The notes under the pieces are model-generated. The model was not told where the DNA came from. It ran no database searches and saw only the letters and a list, made by a program, of their open reading frames with translations. DNA of 64,000 nucleotides from an uncultured Acidobacteriota bacterium. GTDB lineage: Bacteria > Acidobacteriota > Thermoanaerobaculia > UBA5066 > Gp7-AA6. Positions within the stretch are counted from its first letter, which is position 1. Each line of letters begins with the position of its first letter. This document shows, one piece after another, positions 58,367-64,000 of the stretch. The stretch lies in NCBI GenBank assembly GCA_963764715.1, contig CAVXTP010000024.1:3099-67098 (forward strand), written 5' to 3'. Made by a program: the position numbers and the translations under genes.

Positions 58367-59107
58367 TCAGGTCGGAGCGTCGACCTCGAGCTCCAGGCCG
58401 TCGTGCGCCGCGGTCACCGAGCAGCCCGGAGGCTTTTCGGCCGCGAGCTCCTCGAGGGCCTCGACGAGGGCCTTCTCCCCCATCTCGATCGGCCCCTTGC
58501 CGAAGTGGGAGAAGATGGCGCGCAGCACCCCGAAGCGCGAGAGCCAGCCGAGCTGCGCCCGGACGGTCGTGTGCCCGATGAGGACCCCGCTCGGGTGCCG
58601 GCGCACGAGCGAGCCGCGAAGGGTCGAGCCGTCGCCGATGTAGAGATCCGCTCCCCGCAGCGCCGCCTCCGGGTTCTCGAACGCCACGATGTCTCCCGAA
58701 TAGACCACCGTCAGCCCGCCCGCCTCGATGCGGGCGCCGACGCACGGGCAGCGCACCGAGTGGATCGCGGGGTGGGCGCTCAGGCGGAACGGGCCGATGT
58801 CGACGGGTTCCTCGGGCTCGAGCGTCACCCGGTGGGTCAGCGGCAGCTCGCGCAGGAGCTCGTGCGTCACGGCCGACGCGTGGACCGGCACGTCGGTGCC
58901 CTCCCAGAGTCCCCAGCCATGGTCCGGGTGCGCGTGCGAGACGAAGATCGCGTCGGGGCGGATCTTCGGGAGCATTCCCTTCCGGTTGTCGCCGAAGTCG
59001 CAGAGAAGGCGGAAGCCCTCCGCCTCCAGGACGAAGGCCGAGTGGCCCGCGTGCGCCTTCGAGGACTCCTCGACGTACGCCTTCGTGCCGTAAAACCGGA
59101 TCTTCAC
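58367..59107 (-). CDS. MBL-fold metallo-hydrolase
   Basis: 246 aa. The motif is SHAHPDHGWG (HxHxDH). Confidence 0.85.
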   Translation of the reverse strand: MKIRFYGTKAYVEESSKAHAGHSAFVLEAEGFRLLCDFGDNRKGMLPKIRPDAIFVSHAHPDHGWGLWEGTDVPVHASAVTHELLRELPLTHRVTLEPEEPVDIGPFRLSAHPAIHSVRCPCVGARIEAGGLTVVYSGDIVAFENPEAALRGADLYIGDGSTLRGSLVRRHPSGVLIGHTTVRAQLGWLSRFGVLRAIFSHFGKGPIEMGEKALVEALEELAAEKPPGCSVTAAHDGLELEVDAPT

Positions 59108-59366
59108 CCGACGCAGTCTAGAAGCATTCCGGGATCCGAAGGTCCAGATTTTCCCAATCTCTCGGACCCATTGCCGAGCGCAAATCGTTTCCGCTCCTCG
59201 GAAACATCCGCTCGCGGCGCGAGGAATCTCCGCGAGCGCAGCGGAGGACGCCTCGCGCCGCGGGAGCGAGCGCGGAGCGCAGGGTCAGGCCCGCGGTCGA
59301 GCCCACAGGCGAGCCGCGGGCCGGTGCGCCGTCAGGCGCAGACCCGGAGCTCCGCGCTCGCGACGG

Positions 59367-60542
59367 TCAAATTTCCCGCAACGCGGTCGTGATCTTGAGG
59401 CGGGCGGCGCGCATCGCGGGAAACCATCCACCGACGACGCCCATCGCGAGGGCGAAGCCGAGGCCCCCGGCGATCAGCTGGGGCGTCATGCGGAAGTTGA
59501 ACAGGACCTCGGAGAAGGTCCGGAAGTTCATCGTGCCCGTCGGCTTCGTCAGGAACAGGTTGAAGACGAGGAACGTGATGACGACGCCCAGGATGCCGCC
59601 CGCCAGGCAGAGCATCAGGGCCTCGATCACGAACGAGGCCAGGATGGAGCGCCGGGAGAACCCGATCGCGCGCAGCGTCCCGATCTCGCGCGTCCGCGCC
59701 GAGACTTGGGCATACATCGTGTTCATCGCCCCGAAGGCGGCCCCGATCGCCGTGAAGATCCCGACGAGGAACGCCAGGGCCTTGATCGGGGCGCCCGTGA
59801 TCATCTGCTCGTCGAAGTACTTCCGCTCGGTCTTGCCCTCGAGCTTGAGGCGCTGGTCGCCCTTGACCGTCTCGATGAAGCGGCTCGCCGAGTCGTCGTC
59901 GGGCAGGCGCACGAAGACCGTCGAGTAGATGTTGCGTTTGGTCTGCTGCTGCAGGTCGGTGACGTCGGTCCAGATCTCCGACTCGTAGGCGCTGCCCTGC
60001 GCGTCGAAGAGGCCCACGATGACCCACTGGAAGCTGCCCGACCGGAGCCTGTCCCCGACGTTCATGTGGGCGAAGCGCCGGGAGAGGTTGCGCGACACGA
60101 TGGCCTCGTTGGTCGCCGGGTTGAACATTCGCCCGTCGACGATCCGCACGCCGGGCCGGATCTCGACGCCGATCGGAGCCATCCCCCGGACCTGGACGTT
60201 CGAGTTCGTCTTGCCGTCGTAACGCGGGACGTTGATCAGGGTCAGCAGCTCCGGCGAGACGTAGGGCTTGCCGGAAGCGTTTCGCTCGGGGCCAGGGAGG
60301 GCCTGGATCTGGTCCGCCTGCTCGCGAGTGATGACGCTCTGCATCTCGGCCTGGGCGCCGACCCGCATGGCGAGCACGTTCCGGGTCGAGGCCGTCACCG
60401 ACAGGGTCCGCGTCACGCCCTGGACCAGGGCGAGGACGCAGAGGAAGACGGCGACCACGAGTCCGATGACGAGCGCCGTCATTCCCGTCGACATCCGGCG
60501 CGCGACGAGGTTCCGGAGGTTGTACTTGAGGGGGATGGCCAT
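59367..60542 (-). CDS. ABC transporter permease, FtsX/MacB family
   Basis: It starts MAIPLKYNLRNLVARRMSTGMTALVIGLVV. It has a large periplasmic loop and the C-terminal FtsX 3-TM module ...REIGTLRAIGFSRRSIL.... Confidence 0.85.
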   Translation of the reverse strand: MAIPLKYNLRNLVARRMSTGMTALVIGLVVAVFLCVLALVQGVTRTLSVTASTRNVLAMRVGAQAEMQSVITREQADQIQALPGPERNASGKPYVSPELLTLINVPRYDGKTNSNVQVRGMAPIGVEIRPGVRIVDGRMFNPATNEAIVSRNLSRRFAHMNVGDRLRSGSFQWVIVGLFDAQGSAYESEIWTDVTDLQQQTKRNIYSTVFVRLPDDDSASRFIETVKGDQRLKLEGKTERKYFDEQMITGAPIKALAFLVGIFTAIGAAFGAMNTMYAQVSARTREIGTLRAIGFSRRSILASFVIEALMLCLAGGILGVVITFLVFNLFLTKPTGTMNFRTFSEVLFNFRMTPQLIAGGLGFALAMGVVGGWFPAMRAARLKITTALREI

Positions 60543-60544
60543 GG

Positions 60545-61711
60545 CTACACCACCCGCCGCAAGCCGTCGACGATGTTCAGCCGCGAGGACCGGATGGCCG
60601 GCACGAATCCCGCCAGGACTCCGACGCCGACGGAGACGGCGAACGCGAGCAGCAGGGTCTGCGAACTGAGGCGGAAGTTCACGAGCCAGATGGAGATCGA
60701 CGTCTTGTTCCCGACGGCGAGCAGCATCGGGATGAAGATGAACTTCGCGAGCAGGACGCCGAGGACCCCGCCGAGGAGAGCCATCAGGACCGACTCCGAA
60801 AGGATGAAGCCCAGGATGTGGCTGCGGCCGAAGCCGAGGGTCCGCATCACGGCCATCTCCGTGACCCGTTCGCGGGCCGACATCGCGACCGTGTTGGCGA
60901 CGATCAACGTCACGGCGAAGAGGATGATGAGCGAGATGCCGTTGATGAGGAACTTGACGTTGCCCATCATCTCCATGAACTGCAGCTGGAACTGCTTCTC
61001 GGTCAGGGTCTTCGTCGGCGCGTCGCTGTTCTCGAACATCTGGTCGATCGCGGCCGCGACCCGCGGCACGTCCTCGGACGTCGCGACCTTCAGGTAGTAG
61101 ATGCCGGTGTACTTGTCGGCGCCGAACCACTTCGACTGGTTGAGGTACTCGTTGTGGAAGAAGATGTTCGTCTCGTCGCCGGCGTTGAACGGCCCGATGT
61201 AGACGAGGTCGAGGTTGATCGGAATGTAGGTGCCTCGCAGGATGATGTGCTCGCCCTTCCTCCAGTGGAACTTGTCCGCGATCTTCTGGCCCGCGACGAA
61301 TCCGTTGCGGGTCGCCTTCCACTCGTTCTTGACGGCCGGATCGATCGTCGCGTCGTCGAAGACCTTGTCGAAATAGATCTCGGGGTCGCAGGAGAGCTGC
61401 CCGATCCAGTTCTCCGGCTTGTCGTCCTTGTAGACCCCGCCGAACCAGATCTGCGGCGAGACCGCGACGACGCCCGGGATCTGCTCGATGCGCTGGCGCT
61501 GGGAGATCGGCAGGAAGTTGCCGAGCCCGGTCGCGTGCTGGACGACGAGACGGTTCGCCCCGCGGCCGCCCGACGGGTCGGCCTGCATCGCCTGCAGGAG
61601 CGAGGTCAGGATCACGATGAGGACGAGGACGAGGACGATCGAGAACGCCGTCAGTGTCGTGCGCAACTTCTTGCGGAAGACGTTCTTCCAGACCAGCCGG
61701 AAGTACTTCAT
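60545..61711 (-). CDS. ABC transporter permease, FtsX/MacB family
   Basis: It starts [30 protein letters not shown] family block is [20 protein letters not shown]. The start forms an ATGA overlap with the ATPase stop. Confidence 0.85.
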   Translation of the reverse strand: MKYFRLVWKNVFRKKLRTTLTAFSIVLVLVLIVILTSLLQAMQADPSGGRGANRLVVQHATGLGNFLPISQRQRIEQIPGVVAVSPQIWFGGVYKDDKPENWIGQLSCDPEIYFDKVFDDATIDPAVKNEWKATRNGFVAGQKIADKFHWRKGEHIILRGTYIPINLDLVYIGPFNAGDETNIFFHNEYLNQSKWFGADKYTGIYYLKVATSEDVPRVAAAIDQMFENSDAPTKTLTEKQFQLQFMEMMGNVKFLINGISLIILFAVTLIVANTVAMSARERVTEMAVMRTLGFGRSHILGFILSESVLMALLGGVLGVLLAKFIFIPMLLAVGNKTSISIWLVNFRLSSQTLLLAFAVSVGVGVLAGFVPAIRSSRLNIVDGLRRVV

Positions 61712-62421
61712 GCCTTCCTCCCCGCGCCGACCTCCGTCCGCTCGTCGGTGTGGAGGACGCCCTTGTCGAGGTGGACCATCCGGTGGGCCCGGGACGCGGC
61801 CTTGGGGTCGTGCGTGACCATGACGATCGTCTTGCCGAACTCCTCGTTGAGCCGCCGGAGGAGCTCGAGGATCTCGTCGCCCGACTTCGCGTCGAGGTCG
61901 CCCGTGGGCTCGTCGGCCACCAGGATCTTGGGGTCCGAGACGATGGCGCGGGCGATCGCGACGCGCTGCTCCTGGCCGCCCGAGAGCTGCCGGGGGTAGT
62001 GGTCCATCCGGTCGGCGAGGCCGACGATCGAGAGGGCCGTCTCGACGTGCTTCTTGCGCTCGGCCCGCTTCAGGGGCGTCAGGAGGAGCGGCAGCTCCAC
62101 GTTCTCGAACGCGGAGAGCACGGGCAGGAGGTTGTAGAGCTGGAAGATGAACCCGACGGTGTGCGAGCGCCACTTCGCGAGCTCGGTCTGGCCGAGCGTC
62201 GCGATGTCGCGGCCGCCGATCACGATCCGGCCGCGGGTCGGCGAATCGATGCCGGCGATGAGGTTCAGGAGCGTCGTCTTGCCCGAGCCCGACGGGCCCA
62301 TCAGGGCGACGTACTCCCCTTCCGGAATGTCGAGGTCGAGTCCCATGAGGACCGGGATCTCGATCTGGTCCCGGCGGTAGATCTTCTCGACCTTCTCGAT
62401 GCGAATCAGCGCGTCGGCCAT
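61708..62421 (-). CDS. ABC transporter ATP-binding protein (MacB/LolD-type)
   Basis: Walker A is GPSGSGKTT, the signature is [14 protein letters not shown] and Walker B is [11 protein letters not shown]. Confidence 0.95.
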   Translation of the reverse strand: MADALIRIEKVEKIYRRDQIEIPVLMGLDLDIPEGEYVALMGPSGSGKTTLLNLIAGIDSPTRGRIVIGGRDIATLGQTELAKWRSHTVGFIFQLYNLLPVLSAFENVELPLLLTPLKRAERKKHVETALSIVGLADRMDHYPRQLSGGQEQRVAIARAIVSDPKILVADEPTGDLDAKSGDEILELLRRLNEEFGKTIVMVTHDPKAASRAHRMVHLDKGVLHTDERTEVGAGRKA

Positions 62422-62425
62422 TGCG

Positions 62426-63583
62426 TCACTCCTGTCCTTCCACGCGGACCCTGTCGCCGTCCCGGATCGCGAGCTCGCCGGCGCGCGCGATCAGTCGCTC
62501 GCCGCCCTGGAGCCCCTCCGTGATTTCCACCTGCCCCTGCACGTCGCCGCCGGCCGTCACGGGACTGAATTTCGCTCGGCCGTCGACGATCCGGAAGACC
62601 CCGGTCTTCCCGTCGACCGTCGTCAGCGCCCCCTTCGCCACCACCACGCGCGACTTCGCCTGATGGCCCTGCGTCGGCTCGGCCGTGAAGCTGACGCGCG
62701 CCGAGAGGTCCGGCAGCACGCGGTCGTCGGCGTCGAGGAACGCCACCTTCACCCGCACGGTGGCCTTCTGGCGGTCGGCCGCCGGCACGATCTGGCGCAG
62801 CCGCCCGTGGTACGTCTTGTCCGGAACGGCGTCGAGCGAGATCTCGGCCGGCTGGTCCTTCGCGAGCTTCGACAGGTTCGCCTCGTTGACGTCGGCGCCG
62901 ACGTAGAGGGAGGAGAACTCGACGATGGTCGCGATCGCCCCTCCCGAGCCGCCGCCCGACGGGGAGGATCCGAACGGCGACACGGCCTCGCCCACGAACG
63001 CGCGCTTGGCCGTGATGACGCCGGTGAAGGGCGCGCGGATGATCGTGTAGTCGAGGAGCGCCTCGACGTAGCGCACGCGCGCCCGCGTGGCCGCCTCGGT
63101 GGCGACCGCGGCGTCGAGCGCCGACCGCGTCGAGAGCCCCTGGTCGAAGATCGCCTTCTGACGGGTGAGCTCCGCCTGGGCGTTGACCCAGTTGGCCTTC
63201 GCCTCGGCGAGCTGCGCGTCCAGGTCGGTCGAGTCGAGGCGCGCGACGATGTCTCCCTTCCGGACGCGGGTGCCCTCGGTCACGTTGAGCTCGGTGATGC
63301 GGGACGTGATCTTGGGCGAGAGGTCGGCCTTGCGCTCGGCCTCGACGTAGCCCGTCGCCGTCAGGACGGTGGTGGCCTGTCCCTCGGTCACGACGGAAGC
63401 CGTGACGGTCTCGACCTTGCGGGGGCGCAGCCCCCGCCCGGCGAGGAAGTAGGCGGCGGCGCCCGCCGCGACGACGACGACGGCGCCGAGGAGGATCCAG
63501 CCCTTCGGCCCGCCGCGGCGCTCGGGCTCGCGGTGGATCCGCAGGGCGGAAAGGTCGTGGGGGCGCGGTGCTTCCTGGCTCAT
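62426..63583 (-). CDS. Efflux periplasmic adaptor (HlyD/MacA-like membrane fusion protein)
   Basis: Start chosen at [11 protein letters not shown] (ATG 63583). The TM anchor is [19 protein letters not shown]. It has a lipoyl/hairpin pattern ([26 protein letters not shown]) and beta-barrel domains. Confidence 0.85.
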   Translation of the reverse strand: MSQEAPRPHDLSALRIHREPERRGGPKGWILLGAVVVVAAGAAAYFLAGRGLRPRKVETVTASVVTEGQATTVLTATGYVEAERKADLSPKITSRITELNVTEGTRVRKGDIVARLDSTDLDAQLAEAKANWVNAQAELTRQKAIFDQGLSTRSALDAAVATEAATRARVRYVEALLDYTIIRAPFTGVITAKRAFVGEAVSPFGSSPSGGGSGGAIATIVEFSSLYVGADVNEANLSKLAKDQPAEISLDAVPDKTYHGRLRQIVPAADRQKATVRVKVAFLDADDRVLPDLSARVSFTAEPTQGHQAKSRVVVAKGALTTVDGKTGVFRIVDGRAKFSPVTAGGDVQGQVEITEGLQGGERLIARAGELAIRDGDRVRVEGQE

Positions 63584-63739
63584 AGGATCAAATTGAGTCA
63601 GACATTCTATGCCGGGGACCTCCGGGAAGGGCGGCCGTATCTCCTTCAAATCAGGCCACGTTGGCGGCCGCCCGGCGTCCGCGCCCGCCCGGCGGGAGCG
63701 TCACCGCGTGATAATCTGGAAAGGTTGAGGAGGTGGGCC

Positions 63740-64000
63740 ATGCGGAACCGATTCGTCCTCTGCACCGCGCTCTTCGCGTCGGCCCTCGCCCTCGAGGCCC
63801 AGCAGAACATGTTTCGGATCGAGCTCGTCCCGACCGGGCGCATGGTTTCCCTCAACGAGCCGACCCTGGTCAACGGTTCCTACCTCTTCCAGGCCTGGCC
63901 CGACGGAGAAACCACGCGGCTCCCGCAAAACGTGGTCCGCAAGATCAGCCGCATCACCGGCAAGTACGAAGACATGACGGTCTACCAGGTGATGTTCTAC
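63740..64000 (+). CDS. Secreted hypothetical protein, 5' part only (runs off window end)
   Basis: Not in the track. ATG 63740 follows GAGGAGGTG. My own translation is MRNRFVLCTALFASALALEAQQNMFRIELVPTGRMVSLNEPTLVNGSYLFQAWPDGETTRLPQNVVRKISRITGKYEDMTVYQVMFY. Confidence 0.5.
   Translation, partial: MRNRFVLCTALFASALALEAQQNMFRIELVPTGRMVSLNEPTLVNGSYLFQAWPDGETTRLPQNVVRKISRITGKYEDMTVYQVMFY

Noticed and set aside
55828-58581. 917-aa plus-strand and 665-aa minus-strand (55964-57961) ORFs
   Set aside because: They are out of frame with or antisense to ccmF, which has the WWD motif and TM pattern.

Overview
This is a very GC-rich, gene-dense bacterial chromosomal segment. The gene content looks Acidobacteriota-like, which is an inference from protein architectures and not from any search. 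It has no rRNA, tRNA, CRISPR array, transposase or phage genes that I can support. Most long ORFs in the track are antisense or out-of-frame shadows of real genes. Real content, left to right: (1) a translationally coupled minus-strand run of glyQ, glyS, ppdK and an amidohydrolase. (2) A 13-kb signalling and cell-surface island (7.3-20.1 kb). It holds a Ser/Thr kinase with a TolB-like propeller and two paralogous winged-helix+FHA regulators, each with a conserved divergent promoter region. It also holds a 7-repeat/SLH protein, a TonB-dependent receptor, a beta-helix-like protein and a BNR protein. (3) recO, an MFS transporter, and a coupled Zn-ribbon/futalosine-pathway radical-SAM/DUF3179 operon. 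(4) sdhCAB-fumC-mgtC. (5) A minus-strand run of peptidases and hydrolases ending in a thioredoxin-fold/TlpA pair split only by an in-frame UGA followed by a SECIS-like hairpin, a candidate selenoprotein. (6) argF, then an aa3-type cytochrome oxidase cluster (cupredoxin-ctaC-ctaD-ctaA-ctaB-IV-III-DUF420-CPLC peptide). ctaD in this cluster carries a 1-nt frameshift. (7) A split System I cytochrome c maturation locus (ccmABC | BNR gene | ccmDEF) whose CcmE has the CxxxY variant motif and which has no ccmH. (8) A MacAB-like ABC efflux operon. All start sites are inferred by eye from homology-like N-termini, SD-like motifs and 4-nt stop/start overlaps. All family assignments come from recognised motifs.
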